Notes: generated by a model from the letters alone, not told the origin. A stretch of DNA of 63,992 nt from Burkholderiales bacterium (GCA_030681095.1 JAUXTZ010000043.1:1-63992); one strand, 5' to 3'; shown: positions 8,716 through 17,506, counted from the stretch's first letter. Numbers and translations: made by a program.

Positions 8716-9528
8716 ATGACGATTGTCGAAGCGATCAAACAGGTGATGCGCGAAGCTGGGCGGCCACTGACCGCCCGAGAGGCGTTCACGGCAATCGTGG
8801 CGAAATCGCTCTATGAGTTCCACGCGAAGGATCCACTGCATGTCGTTTCCATGCAGATCCGACGCCATTGCGCCGGCATCGACTTCCCAAGTGCTGCACC
8901 AACGAAGCACTTCCAGCAGCACGGGGACGACCGCTTCTCTCCACTGCCCGAGATCCTCAAGAGCAAGCGCACCACCAAACCGCGCCAGCGCCGGGTGGAT
9001 GCTACGCCGCCGCCCGAGTCGGCAGGTGGCAGCGCGCTGTCCTCCGTCGAAGACGAGTTATGGGCGCTTCATGCCAAATACTTGAAGCTCTTCGAGGAAC
9101 ACATGCTGCGGGAACTAAAGCTGCTCAGTCCGGCAGGGTTTGAAGCATTCTCACGCGACCTGCTCGACGCGTACGGTTTCAAGGATACGAAGGTAACCAC
9201 CATCTCCCGTGACGGCGGCATTGACGGTTACGGAAAGCTCAAAGTTGGCTTGGCTCACTTAAACGTCGCCTTCCAGTGCAAGCGCTGGACGAATGCCAAC
9301 ATCCAACGACCCGAGATCGACAAGTTCCGCGGCGCAAGCCAGGGCGCTTATGAGCAGGGGATCTTTTTCACAACGGCGTCGTTTTCCAAAGGTGCAATTG
9401 CCGTGACAACCCAACCGGGTGCGATTCCGGTGGTCATGATCGACGGGCCGCAAATCGTGAGTCTGATGGTGGAGAAGAAGTTCCGAGTGGAGTCCAACGT
9501 CATGGAGATTCCTGCCTTTGCGCTCTAA
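8716..9528 (+). CDS. HARE-HTH-like winged helix fused to an Mrr-type restriction endonuclease core, 270 aa
   Basis: N-terminus MTIVEAIKQVMREAGRPLTAREAF is HARE-HTH-like. C-terminus ISRDGGIDGYGK...VAFQCKRW is a PD-(D/E)xK Mrr_cat-like core. A GGAGG RBS lies upstream. Confidence 0.75.
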   Translation: MTIVEAIKQVMREAGRPLTAREAFTAIVAKSLYEFHAKDPLHVVSMQIRRHCAGIDFPSAAPTKHFQQHGDDRFSPLPEILKSKRTTKPRQRRVDATPPPESAGGSALSSVEDELWALHAKYLKLFEEHMLRELKLLSPAGFEAFSRDLLDAYGFKDTKVTTISRDGGIDGYGKLKVGLAHLNVAFQCKRWTNANIQRPEIDKFRGASQGAYEQGIFFTTASFSKGAIAVTTQPGAIPVVMIDGPQIVSLMVEKKFRVESNVMEIPAFAL

Positions 9529-9560
9529 GCTTTCCCGGCGAGCAGTTACTCGCTGAAAGC
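9529..9560. terminator. convergent-gene hairpin (possible bidirectional terminator)
   Basis: The whole 32-bp gap between the Mrr-like stop and the dndE stop folds as gctttc..cgag[cagtta]ctcg..gaaagc. There is no U-tract. Confidence 0.35.
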
Positions 9561-9941
9561 CTACGGACTGACAGCCTGGATGGATTTGGCCATCTCCACC
9601 AGCAGATCCTCCTCACGGCGGCTCACGAGGTAGGAAAGCCCTCGATGCACGTGTACGGTAAGGGCCTGGCGAATTGTGTCTTCCGTGACTCGCTTCCCCT
9701 CGGAAAGCAGGCGTACGGCCAGAAGGTTGTAGTACAGGGCGTCCTCGCCCCCCGTGAATGTTCGCCAGTCGATCTCAATGCCACCATTGAAAGAGAAAGT
9801 CTCGTTGGGGGCAACCGACGCATTGGCGAGCGACAAGCACAACGCGTGGCGGCAGATCGCGTTGTTGTGTTCCATGCCCGTACGCCGCTTCAGCGTGACT
9901 AGCTGGTTACGCGCGGCCGCGTTCAATTTGATGCGTTCCAT
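9561..9941 (-). CDS. dndE: DNA sulfur modification protein DndE
   Basis: 126 aa with a MERIKLNAAARNQLVTLKRRTG.. DndE-like N-terminus. Last gene of the dndBCDE operon, 3 nt after dndD. Confidence 0.8.
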   Translation of the reverse strand: MERIKLNAAARNQLVTLKRRTGMEHNNAICRHALCLSLANASVAPNETFSFNGGIEIDWRTFTGGEDALYYNLLAVRLLSEGKRVTEDTIRQALTVHVHRGLSYLVSRREEDLLVEMAKSIQAVSP

Positions 9942-9944
9942 TGA

Positions 9945-11924
9945 TCAGCCTTTGTGCGAGCCAGCGCTCAGGATAGACGTGTGACCTGTAGCGTCGTCGA
10001 AGTGAAGCGAGTATTCGGCGTTGGTGAAAGGCTTGAGCGCCTCATACGCCAGACCGTCAACCTCCTGATCGGTCGACAACACGACAACTTGGTGAGACAC
10101 CGTCGCGAAGAATCGCTTGATGAGCGCTGAGCGGTGCTGCTGGTCCAGTCGCGCCAGCGGTGTATCGACCACCACCGGGAAGCGTCCCTTCCTCTCCTTG
10201 ATCAGCGCGCTGAGCACGGATATGGCTAGCAGCTGCCGCTCGCCGGCAGAGAGACGATCCATCGGCAGTTCCTGGTTCTTCCCATCTACGATGGAAACGC
10301 GGTACGTTTCGGGATCGACAAGCACTTTTGCTACCAAGTTGCGCTTACGCATCAGGTTTCGAAACTCCGTGGTGATCATCTCTGACAACCATTGCGCCTT
10401 TGAGGCCAGCAGCCGCTCTTTGAAGACAAGGAGGGCTTTGCGGGCGCGTGCCGACGCGTCGAGGCTTTTGGACTCAAGCGACCGGTCGCGGAACTCTGTG
10501 CCCAAGCGCTCTTGCGCGGCATTCAATCGGATGCGCACGTGGCTCAGGTGACTTTGCGTCTCCTCGACTTTCTGAGTAAGTCCTGACAGGTGAGCTTCGG
10601 CGACAGACGCCACCTTGGAGCGATCCTGCAGCGACTTGAGAATGCCCCCAATCTGCTCTTCGGCAGGAATTTGCCCGATCAGCTGCTCGGCACGGTCAAG
10701 GTCGACTTGCGTCTGCTGCAGGCCATCAAGCTGACTGCGCAGGCGCGCCAGGCCTTCCTGGAGCCGTCGTTCCGCATCCCGCGGAGGAGCATCCTGCAGC
10801 GTCACTGCCGCCGATGTGCGCTTTCCGCCATATGCCCGCAAGTCCTCCGCCAGTGCTTGGCGCACGGCTTCCATAGCTGGCCGCGGCATGGCTTTGACCA
10901 ATGCGGACACCACACGCTCGTCACGCTTTTTGAACTCCTGCGCAAGTAGTTTGGAATGTCGTTCGTGTTGGTCGTCGTTCCACGTATCGCGATAACGTTG
11001 CCACAGGTTCGGCAACCACGCCAGCGGCAGCAAGGGATCGGACATAGCCTCGGCGAGACCGACCCGCGCGGCGACTGCATCCCGCTTTGTCGTAACTACT
11101 GAATTGCGGATCGTCGCCGCCTGTTCATACGCGGCCAGGCCCTTGCGTTGTGCGTCGGAAGTGAATTTGTCAAGAGCTGCCTGTGCTTGCTGTGCCCCGT
11201 TTCTAGCCGCGGCCTGTTCCTGAATAAGCCTTAGCAGCGTTTCCTCAAGCTCTTTGACCTGTACATCCCAAGCGGCGACGTTCGCACGTGCCGCCTCGAA
11301 CTCGGCGGAGGTGTTTTTGTTCTTGAGCGCTGCGCGCCGCTCCAATGCCTTCAGGTCATTGCCGAGTGCCTCGATCCCCCCAATTCCCAAAAACACCTCA
11401 GTGGCACGCTTTAGCAGCTCCGGCAAGCGTTCAGGATTGGCCAGAGCCTCGATTTTTTCACCGTCGAAAAGAAACAGCTGGACAAGCTCGGCCGGCAGAA
11501 TCGATCCAATGAACTCCTCCCACGTTTGGGAAAATTCGAGATCCTTGCTACCGCCCTCGAAGACAGTCAGCACTTCGGATAGTTCGTCGCCCTTACGAGT
11601 CCATTCCCGGCGCACAACCAGCTCGCGGCGTGATCCACCGATCTCCACTTTCACGCCAATCTCGACAACCGGGGTGCCAAGGGCGTCCTTGCGATGCAGC
11701 CCAAGCAGCATCTGCTCGTACTCTGAACGGCGCATCCCATTGATCGCCTTGTAACCGTAAAGGCCGATCTGAAGTGCCGTCAGGAGCGTGGTTTTACCGC
11801 TGCCGTTGAGTGCTTTGACAAGAATGACGGGACGGGCGCCTGATACGGCCAAATCAAGAGTTTGTCGCTCGCGAAAAGGACCAAAGTTCTCGACTGAGAT
11901 GTTCGCTATTGTTATTTTTGCCAT
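9945..11924 (-). CDS. dndD: DNA sulfur modification protein DndD (SMC-like ATPase)
   Basis: Walker A LNGSGKTTLL, long coiled-coil middle, C-terminal VVVDTPLARLDQQHR...VVVLSTDQEV typical of DndD. Confidence 0.85.
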   Translation of the reverse strand: MAKITIANISVENFGPFRERQTLDLAVSGARPVILVKALNGSGKTTLLTALQIGLYGYKAINGMRRSEYEQMLLGLHRKDALGTPVVEIGVKVEIGGSRRELVVRREWTRKGDELSEVLTVFEGGSKDLEFSQTWEEFIGSILPAELVQLFLFDGEKIEALANPERLPELLKRATEVFLGIGGIEALGNDLKALERRAALKNKNTSAEFEAARANVAAWDVQVKELEETLLRLIQEQAAARNGAQQAQAALDKFTSDAQRKGLAAYEQAATIRNSVVTTKRDAVAARVGLAEAMSDPLLPLAWLPNLWQRYRDTWNDDQHERHSKLLAQEFKKRDERVVSALVKAMPRPAMEAVRQALAEDLRAYGGKRTSAAVTLQDAPPRDAERRLQEGLARLRSQLDGLQQTQVDLDRAEQLIGQIPAEEQIGGILKSLQDRSKVASVAEAHLSGLTQKVEETQSHLSHVRIRLNAAQERLGTEFRDRSLESKSLDASARARKALLVFKERLLASKAQWLSEMITTEFRNLMRKRNLVAKVLVDPETYRVSIVDGKNQELPMDRLSAGERQLLAISVLSALIKERKGRFPVVVDTPLARLDQQHRSALIKRFFATVSHQVVVLSTDQEVDGLAYEALKPFTNAEYSLHFDDATGHTSILSAGSHKG

Positions 11925-11927
11925 GGG

Positions 11928-13382
11928 TCATGCAATCGATGCGGTCGGGTCCGACGCATCTCCTTCAGATTCTTTGGTTGTGATGCTGGAGCGGGCAAAT
12001 TCCAGTGCCTCCTCCTCGTTGCGGAAGGCGTAGTGCTGCAACACGCCTTCGAGACGGTCGAGGTGCTTCGAGCGCTTGTGTGACTCCATCGACTGGAACT
12101 GCACAGCGAGCAAGCTGCGGGTCAGCTTGTACAACTCGTTGGCGGCCGCCGGATCGATCTCTTTGGCCACGCCTTCCAGCAAGCTCAGGTCAGTGGCATC
12201 CAGGGGGACCTGCTCGAGTTCCTTGCCCGGGTAAGGTTCATCGAAAACCTCCGAGTAGATTCTCGGCACATGGTCCTCAATCTCGCCCTTTTCTTCGACC
12301 CATAGCCGTCGAATCTCGTCGAGTTCCTCGATCGAAATCAACTCTATCAGTTGTGTGCCCTGCTTCTGGTCGGCATTGCGGACCACTCGTTGTGTGAGCA
12401 GCAGCTCGCGAAGCAGCTGAATGCGATGCGCTTGGGTATATGGCCCGTGCACCAATTCGTCACGGAACATGGTCAGCCGCCCATTCATCCGGCGGAAGTC
12501 CCGCACCGACCGGTCTTCGATGGCGAGGTGCTTGTTGCGGAAGTCCAAGATCGGCTGCATCCATTGCTTCTGCTCGTCGTTCTGGATCATGGCCTGCATG
12601 GATTTGTCCTGCGTCACCATCGTGCAAACGTAACAGCCAAAGCGGCTATCACCGCAGCTGGGCGTCGACGTATCGACAACAATGGGGCACTCCGCGTCGG
12701 GCGTTGCCCCGCGATAAATGCTGAAGAGTTCCTGGTTGTCGATGCCCCAAGGATTCGGCTGCGTGATTAGATACTCCCAGACGTCGTCGCTGGTCCAACT
12801 CTCGATCGGAGGGTAGACCCACACGCGAGACAGCCTGGGGTCCTTGTTCTTGCTCAGGCGAGCGCGCGTACTGCCCTGGTACTGATCCATGACTTTATCG
12901 CGCGCCTGGCTCTCGCCACGCCGCTGGCCCAGAACCAGGATGGCTTCACCATTGTTCTCGGACAGTTCCTGAATGAATTTGGTCGAAGCGCTGATTTTGA
13001 GCCTATCAGTGCACCATCTGAACTTCGGTCGCGGCGCGGGATAGCCCTTGCCAATGAGGTTTACCCAAAAGCGGTTCTCAACGGACGGTGTGAGCCGGTG
13101 GGCAGTGATGTTCAGCCCCTGCTGCTGCGCGGATATGCCGATGCGAAGCAACGACGTATGCACCCAGGCGGCAATCACCGGATTCTCGACAAGGGTGTCG
13201 GTGCTAATCACATGGATTGGTTTAACGCGTTTCTCGGGCGGCAGTGACGCGACTGCTGTCCACAACAGTTGCAACGACGCCGTCGAATCCTTCCCCCCGC
13301 TGTACCCGACGATCCATGGGATCGAGTCTGATTGATACAGCTCGCGGATCTCCTCGACGATTTTTTCAAATGGAATGCTCAT
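11928..13382 (-). CDS. dndC: DNA phosphorothioation protein DndC (PAPS-reductase-like)
   Basis: PP-loop GYSGGKDSTA and Cys cluster CGDSRFGCYVC. Start refined to MSIPFEK (ATG at 13382), which overlaps the dndB stop as ATGA. The longer track ORF to 13790 is rejected. Confidence 0.9.
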   Translation of the reverse strand: MSIPFEKIVEEIRELYQSDSIPWIVGYSGGKDSTASLQLLWTAVASLPPEKRVKPIHVISTDTLVENPVIAAWVHTSLLRIGISAQQQGLNITAHRLTPSVENRFWVNLIGKGYPAPRPKFRWCTDRLKISASTKFIQELSENNGEAILVLGQRRGESQARDKVMDQYQGSTRARLSKNKDPRLSRVWVYPPIESWTSDDVWEYLITQPNPWGIDNQELFSIYRGATPDAECPIVVDTSTPSCGDSRFGCYVCTMVTQDKSMQAMIQNDEQKQWMQPILDFRNKHLAIEDRSVRDFRRMNGRLTMFRDELVHGPYTQAHRIQLLRELLLTQRVVRNADQKQGTQLIELISIEELDEIRRLWVEEKGEIEDHVPRIYSEVFDEPYPGKELEQVPLDATDLSLLEGVAKEIDPAAANELYKLTRSLLAVQFQSMESHKRSKHLDRLEGVLQHYAFRNEEEALEFARSSITTKESEGDASDPTASIA

Positions 13383-14503
13383 GCTCGCTTTCTTCCTGCG
13401 GCACGGCGCGGGCTCCGCGAAGCCTCCCAAGCCATTTCCGCAGCACTTTCTTCCGGTGAGAGTTGGATGCCCAAGACCCGCTTGATCTCGTTGCAGGTGA
13501 GCGTGATGTTTTGGCCTGATTTGGCCATGGCCCCCCCGACCATTGCGCGGCCTTCCCAGGTAGGGGCGTTCTTCCTCGACCAATCGACACCGCGCAGCCG
13601 TTTCAACCGCTTTGCTCGCTCCGCTGCTGGCAGCTGATAGAGGGCGCGGCCAGCGCGTCCGAGTGCCTGCAGGACGATGGCGTGAGAATGAATGAAGTCG
13701 CGCCGCAGCTCGCCCGACGTCATTTTGGACTGCCGCACATAAGTCCATTCGGGAATGTGCTCGCCCACTGCCTCCCAGAATTCCGCGCATTTTTTGCTTG
13801 CGGAATGGAAGTCCTCAAGCTCTTTGTCGACCAGCAACTCCGTTGTCGCGAAGTTCACCGCACTCAGCGTGAACAGCTTGCGTGACCGCGGTGACAACGA
13901 CGAGCGCTCAGTTTCGATCAGGTTCTTGAAGACCGACGAAGTGAGGCTCAGATGCCGCGCCAGGCTGGCAGCCGCGCTCCGATGGTCATAGAGCACGCCC
14001 AAGGACGCGGACGGCTTCACCGCGTACCGGTTCAAGTCCGCAAACATCTGCTGGCAATGCTCGAGTCCACGATCCAGAAAGAATACGACCGCAATGGTCT
14101 CTTCGCCCAGATCCGGGGCCGTTTCCAGGGCTTGCACGATGGCCGCCCTCCGGTGCTGCCCATCGTTGACAATGAGCTTGGCGTCCATCGATACCGTCAA
14201 TGCGCCCATGCGGAAGTTTGCCGGTCCATCGGCGCCGACCGGGTCGAATTGGATCGTACCATCGATGGAAACGGTAATTGCTGAAAAGATGTAGCTGTTC
14301 TTGTTCTCGACGATGTAACGCGCGATGTCGGGAACCCTGGCCTTGTTCAGGGTGCGCTGCGCGCGCAGCTCCGGCACCAGTTCTTCTTCATCGAAAATAA
14401 ACAGGCGCGTAAGCAGACGCAGCGGACACATCGAGACGTAGTACTCACGCCCCGCCTGTACCCCCCGAATCGCCGGGAAGACGTACGAAAAATTCTCAGC
14501 CAT
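13379..14503 (-). CDS. dndB: DNA sulfur modification protein DndB (DGQHR domain)
   Basis: FPAIRGVQAGREYYV N-terminus and VNDGQHRRAAI. The start at 14503 gives about 374 aa, the typical DndB size. The alternative ATG at 14635 would abut the divergent gene. Confidence 0.85.
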   Translation of the reverse strand: MAENFSYVFPAIRGVQAGREYYVSMCPLRLLTRLFIFDEEELVPELRAQRTLNKARVPDIARYIVENKNSYIFSAITVSIDGTIQFDPVGADGPANFRMGALTVSMDAKLIVNDGQHRRAAIVQALETAPDLGEETIAVVFFLDRGLEHCQQMFADLNRYAVKPSASLGVLYDHRSAAASLARHLSLTSSVFKNLIETERSSLSPRSRKLFTLSAVNFATTELLVDKELEDFHSASKKCAEFWEAVGEHIPEWTYVRQSKMTSGELRRDFIHSHAIVLQALGRAGRALYQLPAAERAKRLKRLRGVDWSRKNAPTWEGRAMVGGAMAKSGQNITLTCNEIKRVLGIQLSPEESAAEMAWEASRSPRRAAGRKRA

Positions 14504-14515
14504 TAGGGAGTTAAT

Positions 14516-14551
14516 GTACCATGTTTGTATGTCAATACACAAACGTACGTC
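14516..14551. promoter_or_regulatory. imperfect palindrome in the dndB divergent control region (candidate operator)
   Basis: GTAC(cat)GTTTGTAT-gtcaat-ACACAAAC-GTAC. ACGTACG occurs at 14543-14549 and again at 14481-14487. Confidence 0.3.
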
Positions 14552-14633
14552 TTTTCCCAGGTCGCTCCGTAATGCATCAAATGTTGGCAATTCGCGTCGG
14601 CTCGGGCCGCTCGCAGGAAGCTGAGAGATATCC

Positions 14634-15920
14634 ATGCATGAAGCGCTTGTCGTGTTCTCACGCGCCGGCCTGTTTCAGACCTCTATTCTCGCCAAAGACG
14701 TACGCAGCCGAGAGCATGCGCGCAAGCTCTGGCCGTTGGTAGCGCCGGACGCGCACGGACAGCTGCTGACCTGGGTTAGCCCCTCCTTTCAGAACGGACG
14801 CTGCCGGCGCCGTTCGCACTTTCGCTGTTTGCCGACATCAGCCTCGTATGACCTGAAGGCGCACTTCGAGACCGAAGAGCGCGAGCGATTACAAGCCACC
14901 GGCGAAAGTGCCGAGCATATGCAAGCAAAGCAGTTGATTGCCCAGGAGCTCCAGAGCCGCTTGTCCGCCGGCTTAGGACTGCCCTGGTCCTTCAACGACC
15001 CCGATGCAACCGACTACCACCTCGAAGGAAACCTCCTCCTCGGCGCTGACCGAATTGCCATGGAGCACACACTCAGGACCCCGTTTGGCAGCAGCTTCCG
15101 TTTAGACATCGCGGTTCTCGGGCCACCGATTCGCAAGAAACCCATGGTGCTCGGGGGCATCGAGATTGAACTGGGTCACGCCTTCGACGGTCGCAAGGCG
15201 TTGATCGGCAAATCCCTCGGGTTTCCTTTGATCTCCGTCGACATTTCGGACATGAGCCTAGGGGACATCACTACCGATTGGGCGCGCAATGCTCTTAGCG
15301 CAACGACGCGAAGCGATGAACAGGGTCGCAGGCGGACCTACTACTATCTTCACGATCTTCTCTACCCGGAGTTCACTCAACTGCCGGCCTTCTTGGACAG
15401 CGAGCAGCGACATCAGTACCTGATCTTCGCCGACGACACGACGCTCTCTAAACTTGTGCGGTGGTTTGAAGCGCTCAGCGTCAACCTCGGGTATAGCAAA
15501 GGCGCAGTTGCCATTGCTATTGTGAATTCAAGTAGCGAGCAGTCGCAAAAAATGCTTCAGTACGCTGGCGACATCGTGGGCTCGGGCTGGCAGCAGTTCA
15601 ACGACCGACAGTGCTTGCGCATCACTGTCCCACGCCCGAAGGGCCCGGCAGATCTCCAGGCGCATCGCCTGCACATGATGCTGGCATACATTCTTCTCGA
15701 TCATGCGGATGCCTTGGTAGGCTACAAGTACCGCAAAGGGATCCAGAACGACCATCCCGAAGAGAATCTCTGGGTGACGCGCCGCTGGGATTCGCAGCAG
15801 GGGGTCGCCACGACGCATCGCGTGTTGCCCAAGCGGTTGGCCGAGCCGGTGAATCGTCTAGTTCAGTTCGTCCGCGAGCTGCAAGCGGGCTCCCCGCATG
15901 CGCCGGCACAGATACGCTAG
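14634..15920 (+). CDS. hypothetical protein, possible CoiA-like PD-(D/E)xK nuclease (428 aa)
   Basis: ESAEHMQAKQLI ... FRLDIAVL ... GGIEIELGH resembles the CoiA-type nuclease signature (ES..H..AK / D / E.E). Divergent from dndB. Start uncertain. Confidence 0.5.
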   Translation: MHEALVVFSRAGLFQTSILAKDVRSREHARKLWPLVAPDAHGQLLTWVSPSFQNGRCRRRSHFRCLPTSASYDLKAHFETEERERLQATGESAEHMQAKQLIAQELQSRLSAGLGLPWSFNDPDATDYHLEGNLLLGADRIAMEHTLRTPFGSSFRLDIAVLGPPIRKKPMVLGGIEIELGHAFDGRKALIGKSLGFPLISVDISDMSLGDITTDWARNALSATTRSDEQGRRRTYYYLHDLLYPEFTQLPAFLDSEQRHQYLIFADDTTLSKLVRWFEALSVNLGYSKGAVAIAIVNSSSEQSQKMLQYAGDIVGSGWQQFNDRQCLRITVPRPKGPADLQAHRLHMMLAYILLDHADALVGYKYRKGIQNDHPEENLWVTRRWDSQQGVATTHRVLPKRLAEPVNRLVQFVRELQAGSPHAPAQIR

Positions 15921-15976
15921 AGGTAAGCCTACGTCACGAGGGCGAAAGCATCAACACCGTCCTGCGTTGAAAGATT

Positions 15977-16915
15977 TCATTTCGAACTCTTCTTTCGAAG
16001 CATCAGCTGGATCATGGCAAACAGGCGATGGAACAAGTAATCGACATGATCCACATCAATCACCGGCACCTGCTGCACCTCGTAGTGGCGGATGAGGTGA
16101 CTGTTTCCGATGTCGTTGAGTTCCTTTGCTTCGGCTTCGAGGCGCGCGCGGAGGTTTGGCTCTGATGTCACGGCATCTAGAATCTTCTGTACTGACCTCC
16201 TCTTGTCCGCAGGATCGGAAAGCGACTTCAAGCGCTCCCATGCATCCCACAACCGTTCGAGAGCCTCGCGGCGGACAAGAGGATTGCGATCTGTGAACTT
16301 GGTGCGGCACTCCTCAAGCAGGAGGTCCAATGTGCGATCACCAGAATTGAACGCAGTCCGCTGGAGATCCTCGCCAATCACTGGCGGCAACACACGTACG
16401 ATCCGTCCGCTGGTGAGCATTTCAAATGCCAGGCCATTGCGAGAAAACAAGCGATTGGCCAGCGCGCGAAATTCATCGCGGCCTGCTACTTCGTCGAATG
16501 TCAGGTGGTGATGGCTGAAGAATTTGTGGTGTTCGCCGGGGATCGGCTTTGCCACCGCCGCATAGACGAACTCGATGAAATCGAGAATGAGTAGCGTGGA
16601 AGGAGCGAAGGGCTCATAGCGGACGTCGAATCCCTCCCCAACCTCGGCGGTGACCGCCAGAGGCCAAGCCAAACCTGGCATTTCAGCCAAGACAGAGGCA
16701 GCAAGCGCAGTCTCGTCACAACCGCAGATCGCCTGCCCATCGGGGCATCGCTCGGGAAATCGAAACGCCAAGGCGCCGCTGTTCATCAGCCCCTGGACAG
16801 CTGCAACGAGCGCAGCCCATACGGTGGGCCCAATGGTCTGTTCTGTTCGGGCGCGCGGTCCGTTTTCCCGATCGCTAAAGTAGGAGTCGTTCATGGCGTT
16901 TTCCGTTTCTTCCAT
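15977..16915 (-). CDS. hypothetical protein (312 aa), weak AbiJ-like resemblance
   Basis: Long ORF with protein-like composition. The N-terminal YFSDRENGPRAR...VWAAL and C-terminal NDIGNSHLIRH recall AbiJ N-terminal and HEPN-like patterns. This rests on recollection only. Confidence 0.45.
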   Translation of the reverse strand: MEETENAMNDSYFSDRENGPRARTEQTIGPTVWAALVAAVQGLMNSGALAFRFPERCPDGQAICGCDETALAASVLAEMPGLAWPLAVTAEVGEGFDVRYEPFAPSTLLILDFIEFVYAAVAKPIPGEHHKFFSHHHLTFDEVAGRDEFRALANRLFSRNGLAFEMLTSGRIVRVLPPVIGEDLQRTAFNSGDRTLDLLLEECRTKFTDRNPLVRREALERLWDAWERLKSLSDPADKRRSVQKILDAVTSEPNLRARLEAEAKELNDIGNSHLIRHYEVQQVPVIDVDHVDYLFHRLFAMIQLMLRKKSSK

Positions 16916-16981
16916 GTCCTCAGTTGAGACATGAGGTTATAGCCATCAGCGTACCCTGCAAAACCCATGCCCTTACCGGAC

Positions 16982-17506
16982 TCAGTCCTCTTCCTCAAAC
17001 CCAAGTTGAGCCAGCGACGCTGCCCAAAATTCGATGCCTCGGGCACCACAGAAGGCGCGCAGTGCAAGGTCCCAATACACGACAACCCGCAGTCCCATGC
17101 TGCTCTGAAAAGTCGCCCAGGACTGAAACTCCAGTTCGTCAGACTCGCTCTTCAGCATTTCAAGCCAAAGGCAAACTGCATAGAGTGCGCGTTCCAGCAA
17201 ATGCGTGCTCAGGCCGCGCCCCTGAAACCTTGGCTTTATGAAAATGTATTCGACACAGCTATAGCCTACAGTCTTGCCCTCGAAAACCTGTTCGGACAGA
17301 GCGAGTCCCAGAAAGCCAACAGGGTTCCCGCGACCAGAGTGCAGCTCGAAGCAGTGTATTGTCGGCTCTGCATCTGAACGGCAACGGGCGTACTGGGAAA
17401 CGATCGAAAGACCATCTTCATCGAATGCAGTGTTCCGCTCACGCGGGCCGCGCGTCTTGGGAAGCGGGCCTTCCACCGAAAACTGTTCCATGTTGCGTCC
17501 TGCCAC
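16982..17506 (-). CDS. GNAT-family N-acetyltransferase
   Basis: 174 aa with the acetyl-CoA binding motif FIKPRFQGRGLSTHLLERAL. Confidence 0.7.
   Translation of the reverse strand: MAGRNMEQFSVEGPLPKTRGPRERNTAFDEDGLSIVSQYARCRSDAEPTIHCFELHSGRGNPVGFLGLALSEQVFEGKTVGYSCVEYIFIKPRFQGRGLSTHLLERALYAVCLWLEMLKSESDELEFQSWATFQSSMGLRVVVYWDLALRAFCGARGIEFWAASLAQLGFEEED

Noticed and set aside
13383-13790. 136-codon N-terminal extension of the dndC track ORF
   Set aside because: The extension overlaps the dndB 3' end in another frame and is Arg/Gly-rich. The canonical DndC N-terminus (MSIPFEK...GYSGGKDS) starts at 13382 with an ATGA overlap to the dndB stop.
14530-14535. Perfect TTGACA (minus strand) as the -35 box of a dndB promoter
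   Set aside because: There is no acceptable -10 at 16-18 nt spacing. Any start site would also fall at or beyond the dndB ATG at 14503.
14504-14635. 44-codon N-terminal extension of dndB to ATG 14635
   Set aside because: It would place the dndB start head-to-head (1 nt apart) with the divergent ORF start and leave no promoter. The 14503 start gives a typical DndB length and N-terminus. Not fully excluded.
14634-15920. Possibility that the gene divergent from dndB is dndA
   Set aside because: It has no PLP-lysine, cysteine-desulfurase or aminotransferase class V features. Its motifs instead resemble a PD-(D/E)xK nuclease.
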